The position numbers and the translations under genes are program-made. Positions 28,090 through 39,030 of a stretch of 52,488 bases of DNA are shown piece by piece (within the stretch, counting starts at the first letter, position 1; each line of letters begins with the position of its first letter). The notes under the pieces are model-generated. The model worked only from the letters and a program-made list of their open reading frames with translations. It was not told where the DNA came from and did no database searches. Origin of the DNA: a virus (taxonomy: Duplodnaviria; Heunggongvirae; Uroviricota; Caudoviricetes); the IMG/VR virus record IMGVR_UViG_2537561830_000002; one strand, given 5' to 3'.

Positions 28090-29914
28090 ATTTGAGCTTA
28101 AGGCGTTGATCACCGGTGTCGACAGGCTTTCTCCCGCGCTGTCGAAAATGCAAAAGAAAATCCGGGGATTTAAACGCCAGGCGGAAGAGGCGTCACAGGG
28201 TGGGCTGGCGCTTGGTGGCGGACTGGCAGCGGGTCTGACGCTTTCCCTGAAATCTTATGCCGATCAGGAAAACGCCGCCACCGGGCTGAAAGTCGCCATG
28301 ATGGATGCGAACGGCGAGGTCGGAAAGAGCTTTCAGGACATCAATAAACTGGCTATTGGCCTGGGTAACCAGCTACCCGGTACAACGGCTGATTTCCAGA
28401 ACATGATGCAGATGCTGGTGCGTCAGGGGATCCCGGCAGAAAATATTCTTGGCGGTGTGGGTAAAGCGACAGCTTATCTTGCGGTACAACTGAAAAAAAC
28501 ACCGGAAGCGGCTGCTGAGTTTGCTGCAAAGATGCAGGATGCTACCGGAACGGCGTCAGAAGACATGATGGGGCTGTTCGACACTATCCAGAAGGCGTTT
28601 TATCTGGGCGTTGACGATACCAACATGTTGTCCTTCTTCACTAAAACCAGTTCTGTTCTGAAGATGGTGAACAAGGACGGTCTTCAGGCTGCACAGAGCC
28701 TTGCCCCCATCAGCGTCATGATGGATCAGATGGGGATGAACGGGGAGTCGGCAGGTAATGCCCTGCGAAAAGTTATCCAGTCCGGATTAAGCGTTAAGAA
28801 AATCAGGGACGTCAATAAAGTTATGGCCCGTCAGAAACTCGGGGTACAGCTCGATTTTACTGACGGCAAAGGAAGTTTTGGCGGTCTTGATAACATGTTT
28901 AAGCAACTGGCAAAGCTGCGAAAACTTACCGACGTTAAGCGAACAGGTGTACTTAAGGCAATATTTGGTGATGATGCCGAAACCCTTCAGGTGGTCAATG
29001 CGCTGATCGATAAAGGAAAGGATGGTTACGATCAGATCCAGCAAAAGATGAATAAACAGGCCAGCCTGAATAAACGTGTTCAGGCACAGCTTGGTACGCT
29101 GTCCAACCTGTGGGAGGCAATGACGGGGACCGCAACTAACGGCCTTGCGGCTATTGGCGGCGCATTTTCTGGTGACGCCAAAAATATCACGCAATGGCTG
29201 GGGGAGTTGGGGGAAAAATTCACGAAGTTTGCGGATGAAAATCCCCGGGTTATTCGCGGCGTCGTCGGGCTTGCTGCCGGTCTTGCGATTCTGAAACTGG
29301 GATTGATGGGCGTGGGCAGTGCCATCAGCATTGTCAGCAGGATCATGTCGATGACGCCGATTGGCATGATTGCGACGGCGATAGCCCTGGCTGCGGGATT
29401 AATTATCACTAACTGGGATGTTGTCGGACCTTATTTCAAGAAGCTCTGGGAAACCATTGGTCCTTATTTTGAGGCTGGCTGGGAACTCCTTAAGAAAGTT
29501 TTTGCCTGGTCGCCGATGGGGATGGTGATCAATAACTGGGGGCCGGTTGTTAAGTGGTTTCAGGATATGTGGGACAAGCTGAAGCCAATTATTGAGTGGT
29601 TTACCGACAGTTCCGGTGACACGGTCGATGCCATTAACTCTGCGCAGTGGGGCGCGGGTGCTTATGATGCTTATGGGACGGGAATACCGGCACGGGGATA
29701 CACTCCTTATCCGGCGGTGGATCCGGCTCAGGCAAACAACGCCTCCGATGCCACAGGCTCGAATCCCTTCATGATTAATAAAGCTACCGCGCCAAAAGTT
29801 GATGGTGAGATCAAGGTATCATTTATAAATATGCCACCAGGTATGCGGGTTACGGAAACACGCTCCAGTGGCATTGATATAAATCACGATGTTGGCTATA
29901 CCCGATTTTGGTAG
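28082..29914 (+). CDS. tail tape measure protein
   Basis: 610 aa; helical with Gly/Ala-rich hydrophobic segment and Trp-rich C-terminus. Confidence 0.9.
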   Translation: MAEFELKALITGVDRLSPALSKMQKKIRGFKRQAEEASQGGLALGGGLAAGLTLSLKSYADQENAATGLKVAMMDANGEVGKSFQDINKLAIGLGNQLPGTTADFQNMMQMLVRQGIPAENILGGVGKATAYLAVQLKKTPEAAAEFAAKMQDATGTASEDMMGLFDTIQKAFYLGVDDTNMLSFFTKTSSVLKMVNKDGLQAAQSLAPISVMMDQMGMNGESAGNALRKVIQSGLSVKKIRDVNKVMARQKLGVQLDFTDGKGSFGGLDNMFKQLAKLRKLTDVKRTGVLKAIFGDDAETLQVVNALIDKGKDGYDQIQQKMNKQASLNKRVQAQLGTLSNLWEAMTGTATNGLAAIGGAFSGDAKNITQWLGELGEKFTKFADENPRVIRGVVGLAAGLAILKLGLMGVGSAISIVSRIMSMTPIGMIATAIALAAGLIITNWDVVGPYFKKLWETIGPYFEAGWELLKKVFAWSPMGMVINNWGPVVKWFQDMWDKLKPIIEWFTDSSGDTVDAINSAQWGAGAYDAYGTGIPARGYTPYPAVDPAQANNASDATGSNPFMINKATAPKVDGEIKVSFINMPPGMRVTETRSSGIDINHDVGYTRFW

Positions 29915-30005
29915 CCAGGATTCCCCTCACATGTATTGCTGGTTGTAAGTCATAAATAGAGTGATAGAATTAATGCACATTTAGAAAAATGTTAATAGGC
30001 GAAAA

Positions 30006-30536
30006 ATGAAAGGCTATATCACAGCAAGTGTAATTCTTGGAGCAGCGGCTATTTTTTCATCTCTCATAATCTCTGGCAACATCTCCTTTAAAGATGAACA
30101 TATTATTCAGTTATCTGGAGGAGCCATAAAACTTGGTGATGTTTATAAAGAAAATAAATTAATAAGTGCAAAGATTATTTTTCCAGATAATCAGGGTGAA
30201 CAGATTCTTGTTGTCGACGGCAATCCTGAAAACTTTAAGGAGGATTTTCAGGAGAAATTAAATAAAGTAATAAAAACTTTAAATGCGTCAAAGAAAAAAG
30301 ATGAAGAGAAAGTTAGCCTGGATAATTTAAGTGTTATTGAAGAGTCTAAACTAGAGCTCGTTTCTGCGGTGCGTTACTCTGCTCAGTATGTTCCTATGTT
30401 TACTCTGACGCTGGACAAAAAAGAAATTACCATGCCTAAAAATACGGTAATATTTCCATTTGCCAGCGATGAAACAGCTAAGTATTTAAATGAACAACAG
30501 CAAAAGTATAAAGATTCGTTGTTTCTGACTCGCTAA
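30006..30536 (+). CDS. AT-rich moron: signal-anchored/secreted hypothetical protein (176 aa)
   Basis: N-terminal hydrophobic helix ITASVILGAAAIFSSLIISG; Lys/Asn-rich; own terminator; marked AT shift versus flanking tail genes. Confidence 0.65.
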   Translation: MKGYITASVILGAAAIFSSLIISGNISFKDEHIIQLSGGAIKLGDVYKENKLISAKIIFPDNQGEQILVVDGNPENFKEDFQEKLNKVIKTLNASKKKDEEKVSLDNLSVIEESKLELVSAVRYSAQYVPMFTLTLDKKEITMPKNTVIFPFASDETAKYLNEQQQKYKDSLFLTR

Positions 30537-30553
30537 TTAATAAAATTCATTAC

Positions 30554-30582
30554 AAGGCCACCTTCTAATAGGTGGCTTTTTA
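30554..30582 (+). terminator. rho-independent terminator after the moron
   Basis: aaggccacc-ttctaata-ggtggcttttt. Confidence 0.6.
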
Positions 30583-30597
30583 ATTTTCGGAGTATAT

Positions 30598-31926
30598 ATG
30601 ACGTGGAAAGACAGACTTCAGGACGCGTCATTTCGCGGTGTGCCGTTTAAGGTTGAAGAAGAAAGTGCGGGAACCGGTCGTCGTGTGGAAACGCACGAAT
30701 ACCCAAACCGCGACAAACCCTATACCGAAGACCTGGGGAAAATCACTTTCCGCCCGTCCATCACGGCTTATGTGGTGGGAGATGACTGCTTTGACCAGCG
30801 CGATCGCCTGATTGACGCGCTGAATAAACCCGGTCCCGGCACGCTTGTCCATCCGACTTACGGTGAGCTGAAAGTCTGTGTTGACGGAGAGGTTCGGGTC
30901 AGCACATCGAAGAGTGAAGGGCGTATTGTCCGCTTTGACCTGAAGTTTGTCGAAGCGGGAGAACTCTCTTACCCCACATCAGGTGCGGCGACGGCGCAGA
31001 CGCTGATGTCATCCTGTTCTGCACTGGATGACTGCATCAGTGACAGCTTCAGCGGTTTCAGTATCGATGGCGTGGCGGATTTTGTGCAGAACGACGTCGT
31101 CGGTAATGCCAGCACAATGCTTGGGTATGTTTCTGATGCGATGAAAGTGGTGGATTCTGCCGTATCGGATGCTGCCAAGCTGTTGCAGGGGGATATCTCG
31201 GTACTTCTGCCGCCACCATCGTCAGGCAAAAATTTCGTTGAGCAGGTGCAGAAAATGTGGCGTACCGGGAAACGCCTTTATGGTAACGCCAGCGACCTGG
31301 TCACCATGATCAAAACGCTTTCCGGTGTCAGCCTCGGCAGCGATCTGCAACCGCGCGGCGTCTGGAAAACGGACAGTAAAACCACCGCCACGGCGACGCA
31401 GCAGCGTAATGTGGTTGCCAGCACCCTTCGTACGACCGCAATCAGTGAAGCGGCGTATGCCGTCACCCGATTGCCTGCGCCAACAACTTCCGCGGTGATG
31501 CAGAATTCCGCAGTGGGGCAGGCAACAACACCTGCGCAGAGCACTGGCTGGCCTTCCGTCACGCATCCGGCACTGAACAATGCACCGGCGGTGAAAAACA
31601 CGGTTGATCTGCCGACGTGGGAAGAACTGACTGACATTCGCGACACACTGAATACGGCAATTGATAAGGAGTTGTCCCGTACAACCAGTGATGCGCTGTT
31701 TCTGGCGCTGCGCCGGGTGAAAGCAGATCTGAATGCGGATATCAACACGCGCCTTGAACAGTCTGCACGGATCATTCAGCGCACACCGGATGAGGTTTTA
31801 CCCGCGCTGGTGCTGGCGGCGACCTGGTTTGATAACGCGGCGCGTGACGCGGACATTATCCGGCGTAATGCCATTACGCATCCCGGCTTTGTGCCGGTGA
31901 TCCCTCTGAAGGTGCCAGTGCAATGA
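30598..31926 (+). CDS. DNA circulation protein (Mu gpN-like)
   Basis: N-terminus WKDRLQDASFRGVPFKVEEE...THEYPNRDKPYTEDLG typical of the family. Confidence 0.85.
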   Translation: MTWKDRLQDASFRGVPFKVEEESAGTGRRVETHEYPNRDKPYTEDLGKITFRPSITAYVVGDDCFDQRDRLIDALNKPGPGTLVHPTYGELKVCVDGEVRVSTSKSEGRIVRFDLKFVEAGELSYPTSGAATAQTLMSSCSALDDCISDSFSGFSIDGVADFVQNDVVGNASTMLGYVSDAMKVVDSAVSDAAKLLQGDISVLLPPPSSGKNFVEQVQKMWRTGKRLYGNASDLVTMIKTLSGVSLGSDLQPRGVWKTDSKTTATATQQRNVVASTLRTTAISEAAYAVTRLPAPTTSAVMQNSAVGQATTPAQSTGWPSVTHPALNNAPAVKNTVDLPTWEELTDIRDTLNTAIDKELSRTTSDALFLALRRVKADLNADINTRLEQSARIIQRTPDEVLPALVLAATWFDNAARDADIIRRNAITHPGFVPVIPLKVPVQ

Positions 31927-33002
31927 ACGATAACGTCACGCTACGGGTAAATGGCCGGGAGTGGAATGGCTGGACATCGGTGCGCATCGGTGCCGGTGTT
32001 GAACGACTGGCGCGGGATTTCAGTGTGGAGATCACCCGCCAGTGGCCGGGAGATGAGGGTATCACCACGCTTCAGCCGCGCATTAAAAACGGTTCAAAAG
32101 TGGAAGTGCTGATTGGTGATGAGCTGGTGATCACCGGCTGGGTGGAGGCGACGCCCGTTCGTTACGATGCCCGTTCGGTCAGCACCGGTATTGCCGGACG
32201 CAGTCTGACCGCTGATCTGATTGACTGTGCAGCCGAACCGACACAGTTTAACGGACGATCGCTGGTACAGATTGCGCAGGCGCTTGCTGCGCCCTTCGGC
32301 ATTGAGGTGGTGAACAACGGTGCGCCGTCGGGTGTTATTCCTGACGTCCAGCCTGATCACGGTGAAACGGTGATTGAGGTAATCAACAAAATACTCGGTC
32401 AGCAGCAGGCACTGGCTTACGACGACCCGCACGGCAGGCTGGTGATTGGCGGTATTGGCTCAACGCGGGCACATACCGCGCTGGTACTTGGGGAAAACAT
32501 CCTTTCCTGTGATACGGAGAAGAGTATCCGGGAGCGGTTTTCAGTTTATCAGGTGGCGGGGCAGCGTGCCGGAAACGACGATGATTTTGGTGAGGCCACC
32601 ACCACCGTGCTGCGGGCCCGCACAGAGGACGCATTTATTGCCCGTTACCGTCCGATGTATATCAGGCAGACAGGGCAGGCCACGGGGGCAGGCTGTATTG
32701 CGCGTGCTGACTTTGAAGCCCGACAACGGGCGGCGCGGACGGATGAAACCACCTATGTGGTGCAGGGCTGGCGACAGGGTAACGGTACGCTGTGGCAGCC
32801 CAACCAGCGGGTGATTGTCTTTGATCCGGTCTGTGGTTTCGACAATACCGAACTGCTTGTTTCGGAAGTCACGTTTACTCAGGACCAGAACGGCACCCTG
32901 ACGGAAATCCGTGTCGGCCCGCCTGATGCTTATCTGCCTGAACCCGAAGATCCCGGCGCGCTGAAAAAGAAAAAAGCCAGAGTACAGGAGGACCCGTTCT
33001 GA
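31923..33002 (+). CDS. tail/baseplate protein (Mu gpP-like)
   Basis: ATGA coupling; order N-P-V-W-J as in Mu-type tails. Confidence 0.8.
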   Translation: MNDNVTLRVNGREWNGWTSVRIGAGVERLARDFSVEITRQWPGDEGITTLQPRIKNGSKVEVLIGDELVITGWVEATPVRYDARSVSTGIAGRSLTADLIDCAAEPTQFNGRSLVQIAQALAAPFGIEVVNNGAPSGVIPDVQPDHGETVIEVINKILGQQQALAYDDPHGRLVIGGIGSTRAHTALVLGENILSCDTEKSIRERFSVYQVAGQRAGNDDDFGEATTTVLRARTEDAFIARYRPMYIRQTGQATGAGCIARADFEARQRAARTDETTYVVQGWRQGNGTLWQPNQRVIVFDPVCGFDNTELLVSEVTFTQDQNGTLTEIRVGPPDAYLPEPEDPGALKKKKARVQEDPF

Positions 33003-33550
33003 TGAGGGCGATTGAAACCATACAGCGACAACTCCTCGGGCTGATTGGGCGGGCCGTGGTGAAAAGCATCAGTGCCGCCACGAAATGTCAGACCGTGGAT
33101 GTGTCTCTGATTGCCGGTGAACCCAAAGCCGGGGTTGAACATCTTGAACCTTACGGTTTTACCGCAAGGGCAAACAGCGGTGCGGAAGCGGTGGTGTTGT
33201 TTCCGGATGGTGACCGTTCTCATGCGGTGGTTGTTACGGTGTCGGATCGGCGTTACCGCCTGAAAGGGCTGCAGACGGGTGAGGTGGCTGTCTATGACGA
33301 TCAGGGGCAGTCCGTGACGCTGACCCGGGAGGGGATCGTGGTGGACGGTGCAGGTAAAACGATCACGTTTCGCAATTCACCTAAAGCACGTTTTGAAATG
33401 GACCTGGAAGTGACAGGACAGGTGAAAGACCTGTGCGACTCTAGCGGCACCACCATGTCAGCGATGCGGCTTGCCTATAACGGGCATTGTCACAGAGAGA
33501 ACGGTCAGGGCAGTAACACCGACAAACCTGATAAAGCGATGGAGGCATGA
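33002..33550 (+). CDS. baseplate assembly protein V (spike)
   Basis: 182 aa; position in the baseplate module. Confidence 0.8.
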   Translation: MRAIETIQRQLLGLIGRAVVKSISAATKCQTVDVSLIAGEPKAGVEHLEPYGFTARANSGAEAVVLFPDGDRSHAVVVTVSDRRYRLKGLQTGEVAVYDDQGQSVTLTREGIVVDGAGKTITFRNSPKARFEMDLEVTGQVKDLCDSSGTTMSAMRLAYNGHCHRENGQGSNTDKPDKAMEA

Positions 33551-33975
33551 TGGAACTGTGGCTGACGGTGAACGGTAAACGCACCTGCGCCAGCGCACCG
33601 CTGGATCCGCTGACCCGCGCCGTGGTGATTTCCCTGTTTACCTGGCGGCGGGCGGAGCCTGATGACAACGCCGACGTCCCGATGGGATGGTGGGGGGATA
33701 CCTGGCCTGCGGTACAGAATGACCGTTACGGCTCCCGACTGTGGCTGCTTCAGCGCAGCAAACTGACCAATCAGCTGGTGCAGACGGTAAGGGGGTATAT
33801 CCGCGAATGCCTGCAATGGATGATTGATGACGGCGTGGTGTCCCGTATTGATCTGGATATCCGCCGCACCGGGATTAATGAACTGGGTAACAGTATCACT
33901 CTCTGGCGTCGTGACGGACCGGTAATGATTTCTTTTGATGATCTGTGGAGTGCGATAACGCATGGCGGACAGTGA
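33547..33975 (+). CDS. baseplate protein (GP46/gpW-like)
   Basis: 142 aa; ATGA coupling. Confidence 0.75.
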   Translation: MMELWLTVNGKRTCASAPLDPLTRAVVISLFTWRRAEPDDNADVPMGWWGDTWPAVQNDRYGSRLWLLQRSKLTNQLVQTVRGYIRECLQWMIDDGVVSRIDLDIRRTGINELGNSITLWRRDGPVMISFDDLWSAITHGGQ

Positions 33976-35020
33976 ATTTCAGCGCCCGACGCTGGCAGAA
34001 AATATCAGTATGCTCCGTAACGATTTATTCGCCAGGCTGGACGTCAGCGACACGCTCCGGCGCATGGATGAAGACGTGCGGGCAAAGGTGTATGCGGCGG
34101 CGCTGCATACGGTTTACGGGTACATCGATTATCTGGCAATGAACATGCTGCCTGACCTGTGCGATGAGTCCTGGCTGGCGCGACATGCTGCGATGAAACG
34201 GTGTCCGCGCAAGGGGGCCACGACTGCCAGCGGGTATATGCGCTGGGAAGGCGTCAGCGATGGCCTGAAGGTGACCGCCGGGAGTGTTATTCAGCGCGAT
34301 GACCTGGTTCAGTACACGGCAACTGCCGATGCAACCAGCGCCGGTGGTGTCCTGCGCGTGCCGATCGCCTGCTCAAGTGCAGGCGCGGTCGGTAACGCTG
34401 ACGACGGTACGTCATTAATCCTGGTCACGCCGGTTAATGGTCTGCCGTCTTCCGGCGTGGCAGACACTCTGACAGGTGGATTTGATACTGAAGATCTGGA
34501 AACGTGGCGCGCCCGCGTCATTGAGCGGTATTACTGGACTCCTCAGGGCGGGGCTGACGGGGACTATGTTGTCTGGGCTAAAGAAGTGCCCGGCATTACC
34601 CGCGCATGGGCATACCGTCACTGGATGGGAACGGGGACTGTCGGTGTAATGATTGCCAGCAGTGACCTGATTAATCCCATTCCGGAAGAATCAACGGAAA
34701 CGGCGGCAAGACAACATATCGGGCCACTGGCCCCGGTGGCAGGCTCTGATTTGTATGTGTTCAGGCCGGTGGCGCATACGGTGGATTTTCATATCCGTGT
34801 GACGCCGGATACACCGGAAATACGGGCTGCCATCACCGCGGAGTTGCGTTCGTTCCTGCTGCGTGATGGTTATCCGCAGGGAGAACTGAAGGTGTCGCGT
34901 ATCAGTGAAGCGATTTCCGGTGCGAACGGGGAATACAGCCATCAGTTGCTTGCACCGGCGGAAAATATCTCCATTGCAAAAAATGAACTGGCGGTTCTGG
35001 GGACGATTTCATGGACGTGA
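33962..35020 (+). CDS. baseplate J-like protein
   Basis: 352 aa; position in the baseplate module. Confidence 0.8.
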   Translation: MADSEFQRPTLAENISMLRNDLFARLDVSDTLRRMDEDVRAKVYAAALHTVYGYIDYLAMNMLPDLCDESWLARHAAMKRCPRKGATTASGYMRWEGVSDGLKVTAGSVIQRDDLVQYTATADATSAGGVLRVPIACSSAGAVGNADDGTSLILVTPVNGLPSSGVADTLTGGFDTEDLETWRARVIERYYWTPQGGADGDYVVWAKEVPGITRAWAYRHWMGTGTVGVMIASSDLINPIPEESTETAARQHIGPLAPVAGSDLYVFRPVAHTVDFHIRVTPDTPEIRAAITAELRSFLLRDGYPQGELKVSRISEAISGANGEYSHQLLAPAENISIAKNELAVLGTISWT

Positions 35021-35595
35021 CAAACGATGATTACATCCGTCTGTTGTCGGCACTGCTGCCGCCCGGTCCGGCGTGGTCAGCCAGCGATCCGGCGATTGCC
35101 GGTGCGGCACCGTCATTAACCCGCGTTCATCAGCGTGCGGATGCCCTGATGCGGGAGCTGGATCCGCGCACCACCACCGAACTGATAAATCGCTGGGAGC
35201 GTCTGTGCGGCCTGCCGGATGAATGTATTCCCGCAGGAACACAGACCCTTCGCCAGCGTCAGCAACGACTGGATGCGAAGGTTAACCTGGCGGGCGGCAT
35301 CAACGAGGATTTTTATCTTGCACAGCTTGCTGCCCTGGGCAGACCAGATGCCACCATCACGCGATACGACAAAAGCACGTTCACCTGCTCATCGGCCTGT
35401 ACTGACGCTGTGAACGCGCCTGAATGGCGGTATTACTGGCAGGTCAACATGCCAGCCGCCACCAACACCACCTGGATGGCATGTGGCGATCCCTGTGATT
35501 CCGCACTGCGTATCTGGGGCGACACCGTTGTCGAATGTGTGCTTAACAAACTCTGCCCGTCGCATACCTACGTAATTTTTAAATATCCGGAGTAA
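35011..35595 (+). CDS. tail protein (Mu gp48 / YmfQ-like, DUF2313)
   Basis: 194 aa; directly before the tail fibre gene. Confidence 0.75.
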   Translation: MDVTNDDYIRLLSALLPPGPAWSASDPAIAGAAPSLTRVHQRADALMRELDPRTTTELINRWERLCGLPDECIPAGTQTLRQRQQRLDAKVNLAGGINEDFYLAQLAALGRPDATITRYDKSTFTCSSACTDAVNAPEWRYYWQVNMPAATNTTWMACGDPCDSALRIWGDTVVECVLNKLCPSHTYVIFKYPE

Positions 35596-35598
35596 TCC

Positions 35599-36582
35599 AT
35601 GCATCGTATAGACACGAAAACCGCGCAGAAGGATAAGTTCGGCGCGGGTAAGAACGGTTTTACCCGTGGTAACCCCCAGACCGGCACGCCTGCCACCGAT
35701 CTGGATGATGACTACTTTGACATGTTGCAGGAGGAGCTTTGCAGCGTTGTGGAGGCGTCCGGTGCCAGCCTGGATAAGGGGCGGCACGACCAGCTACTTA
35801 CCGCGCTTCGCGCGCTGCTGTTAAGCCGCAAGAATCCGTTTGGCGATATCAAATCGGATGGCACGGTGAAAACGGCTCTCGAAAACCTTGGTTTGGGAGA
35901 AGCCAGATTCTCTGGTCGTTTGTTAAACACGAATATTTTTAAAAGCTCTGGAAAATATATCCCAACACCAGGGACAAAAAAGATAAGGGTCATTGCCTCT
36001 GGTGGCGGTGGCGGCGGCGGTGGGGTTCCTGAAACAACAGAAAATCAGCAGGCAACAGCCGGAGCTGGATTGAGCGGCGCATTTATTGAAGCATTTTTCG
36101 AGGTTGATAATGATTTCGAAGTCAACGTTATTATCGGTGCTGCAGGTAAAGGTGGGGGAGCCGGAAGAAATTCAGGTAGTGAAGGTGGCACAACTTATTT
36201 CGGTTCCATGATAACTGCACCTGGTGGTACAGGCGGTGGCGCGGGGGGAGCATCTGCAAACACATCATATATTCAGGGTATTTCATGGGGTGCCAGTCCG
36301 ACATCGTCCGGTACTGTACTAAGAGCATTTCGCTGTAGTGCAAAAACACCAGGAGCAATGGTTATCTCTGTTAAAGCTGTAGCAGGTGGTACCGGGGGGG
36401 ATACACCATTAGGTTCAGGCGGTATAGGTGGTGCAAGTTCTTCATCATTCAGCGGACGTGGTGGTGGTAAAGCTGAGGGCTTTGGTGCTGGCGGAGGCGG
36501 AGCCTGCGCACCTGCTGGAAGTGAGGCTCAATCGGGAGGTGACGGTGCCCCGGGAATAGTTATTGTTGAGGAGTATGCCTGA
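35599..36582 (+). CDS. tail fibre protein: conserved N-terminus fused to a Gly-rich variable C-terminus inside an invertible segment
   Basis: N-terminus [40 protein letters not shown]; composition shifts after codons LGLGEAR at the inverted repeat. Confidence 0.8.
   Translation: MHRIDTKTAQKDKFGAGKNGFTRGNPQTGTPATDLDDDYFDMLQEELCSVVEASGASLDKGRHDQLLTALRALLLSRKNPFGDIKSDGTVKTALENLGLGEARFSGRLLNTNIFKSSGKYIPTPGTKKIRVIASGGGGGGGGVPETTENQQATAGAGLSGAFIEAFFEVDNDFEVNVIIGAAGKGGGAGRNSGSEGGTTYFGSMITAPGGTGGGAGGASANTSYIQGISWGASPTSSGTVLRAFRCSAKTPGAMVISVKAVAGGTGGDTPLGSGGIGGASSSSFSGRGGGKAEGFGAGGGGACAPAGSEAQSGGDGAPGIVIVEEYA
35888..35908. repeat. left inverted repeat / recombination crossover site of the tail-fibre segment
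   Basis: ttggtttgggagaagccagat is a perfect reverse complement of 37324-37344. Confidence 0.75.
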
Positions 36583-36848
36583 TGAGTAATTTTGCTCTGA
36601 TTGAACATGGCGTGGTGAAAAATATTATTATCTGGGATGGAGAGGGTGATTTATTCTCTAATTGCGAAATTATAAATATTGATCATATAGATGCAGGCGT
36701 CGGTTGGTTCTATTCTGACGGAGAGTTTATAGCACCACCGGAACCGGAAATGACTGAATATGATGTTGGTAATATCGACGCGGTGATGGAAGCAGATACC
36801 AGCACCGCGCCGGGGGTTATCTGGCCAGTTCCACCTGAGATGGTTTAA
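36582..36848 (+). CDS. putative tail fibre assembly/chaperone protein (U-like, 88 aa)
   Basis: ATGA-coupled to the tail fibre gene, inside the invertible segment. Confidence 0.5.
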   Translation: MSNFALIEHGVVKNIIIWDGEGDLFSNCEIINIDHIDAGVGWFYSDGEFIAPPEPEMTEYDVGNIDAVMEADTSTAPGVIWPVPPEMV

Positions 36849-37104
36849 TCTCAATCAGAATGGGTTCGCCCTTCTTGTTAACAGATATTTCCATTCCTTC
36901 AGGGATTTCAGATGCAGTAAAAAACCAGTTATCTTCTGGTAATTCCACAGCCCCGGTCACGTCATGAAGACCGGGGATTACTTCAGTCAAAGTAACAGGA
37001 TTAAACAGGCGCACAATAAACTCTCCAGGAAAAAGCACTTGTTGATGGTCTTCCGTCGTACATCTGGCAGCGGACATAAAAACCTGTATTACTGACCTGG
37101 TCAT
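36817..37104 (-). CDS. alternative U'-like ORF or frameshifted part of the alternative fibre end
   Basis: Minus-strand ORF converging on U and overlapping the alternative fibre ORF by about 100 nt in another frame. Confidence 0.35.
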   Translation of the reverse strand: MTRSVIQVFMSAARCTTEDHQQVLFPGEFIVRLFNPVTLTEVIPGLHDVTGAVELPEDNWFFTASEIPEGMEISVNKKGEPILIEIKPSQVELAR

Positions 37105-37344
37105 CCACGATCATTGAAACGTGAACGTTATTAGGTGTGGCTTCGTAATCTGTTCTTATTCTTTCCGCTATGCTGATAAAACGTGAAAGTTTAGGTAGTG
37201 CAATTGGATAAACGACTTTAGCCAGCCCATTATCATTGGAACCACCAGTTCCAAATACTTCTATTGCACCATCTGACCAGCGTATCCATGCACCATTGAC
37301 ATTAGCTCCTCGCTGAATGACATATCTGGCTTCTCCCAAACCAA
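37001..37344 (-). CDS. alternative tail-fibre C-terminal segment (Sv'-like), no own start codon
   Basis: Minus-strand ORF beginning at the right inverted repeat with the same GLGEAR junction as the plus-strand fibre. Confidence 0.6.
37324..37344. repeat. right inverted repeat / recombination crossover site
   Basis: atctggcttctcccaaaccaa; perfect 21-bp inverted partner of 35888-35908. Confidence 0.75.
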
Positions 37345-37410
37345 CGTTTATGAAAATGCAGAAATAACGAGCAAATGGCATCATTCCTGCTTTTGTCAGG
37401 GAGATCTACC

Positions 37411-37965
37411 ATGCTTATTGGCTATGTACGTGTGTCAACAAATGACCAGAACACAGATCTACAACGTAATGCGCTGAACTGTGCAGGATGCGAGCTGATT
37501 TTTGAAGACAAGATAAGCGGTACAAAGTCCGACAGACCAGGACTGAAAAAGCTGCTCAGGACATTATCGGCAGGTGACACGCTGGTGGTCTGGAAACTGG
37601 ACCGACTGGGGCGCAGTATGCGGCATCTTGTCGTGCTGGTGGAGGAGTTGCGCGAACGAGGCATCAACTTTCGTAGTCTGACGGATTCAATTGATACCAG
37701 TACCCCAATGGGGCGCTTTTTCTTTCATGTGATGGGTGCCCTGGCTGAAATGGAGCGTGAACTGATTGTTGAACGAACAAAAGCTGGACTGGAAGCAGCT
37801 CGCGCACAGGGACGAATTGGTGGACGTCGCCCCAAACTTACACCAGAACAATGGGAGCAGGCCGGACGATTAATTGCATCAGGCGTTCCTCGCCAGAAGG
37901 TGGCGATCATCTATGATGTTGGTATATCGACACTGTATAAGAAGTTTCCGGTCGGAGATAAATGA
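37411..37965 (+). CDS. serine DNA invertase (Pin/Gin/Hin family)
   Basis: MLIGYVRVSTNDQNTDLQRNAL...LVVWKLDRLGRS...MGRFFFHVMGALAEMERELIVERT; catalytic Ser in GYVRVST. Confidence 0.9.
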   Translation: MLIGYVRVSTNDQNTDLQRNALNCAGCELIFEDKISGTKSDRPGLKKLLRTLSAGDTLVVWKLDRLGRSMRHLVVLVEELRERGINFRSLTDSIDTSTPMGRFFFHVMGALAEMERELIVERTKAGLEAARAQGRIGGRRPKLTPEQWEQAGRLIASGVPRQKVAIIYDVGISTLYKKFPVGDK

Positions 37966-38025
37966 AACCGTAGCACGTCGTATGCAAGAAGATCGTGCTG
38001 CGGTTTATGCTTATCACTTAAAGAC

Positions 38026-38895
<870 letters not shown>

Positions 38896-38964
38896 CTAAG
38901 TCTTTGAATTTACATAGTACAAAAAAAATACTTTTCCTCATAATGTGAATTAATTTTATGTTTC

Positions 38965-39030
38965 GTTTGATGATTGGACCGGTCTCGAAAACCGGAGTAG
39001 GGGCAACTCTACCGGGGGGTCAAATCCCCC
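38965..39030 (+). pseudogene. 3' fragment (about 66 nt) of a tRNA-Ser(CGA)-like gene; att-site scar
   Basis: ggaccggtctcgaaaaccggagtaggggcaactctaccggggggtcaaatccccctctctccgcca matches the serU 3' half from memory with one T-loop substitution; no 5' half present. Confidence 0.7.

Noticed and set aside
28787-29409. Minus-strand ORFs of 135 and 109 aa
   Set aside because: Antisense within the tape measure gene; no RBS; composition consistent with off-frame translation.
35990-36560. Glycine-rich repetitive DNA in the tail fibre gene as a repeat element
   Set aside because: Repetition is at the protein level (Gly-rich fibre domain) in a continuous ORF; not a tandem DNA repeat or mobile element.
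38965-39030. Functional tRNA-Ser gene
   Set aside because: Only the 3' 66 nt are present (no acceptor 5' strand, D-arm or full anticodon stem) and the T-loop carries a substitution; interpreted as an att-site remnant.
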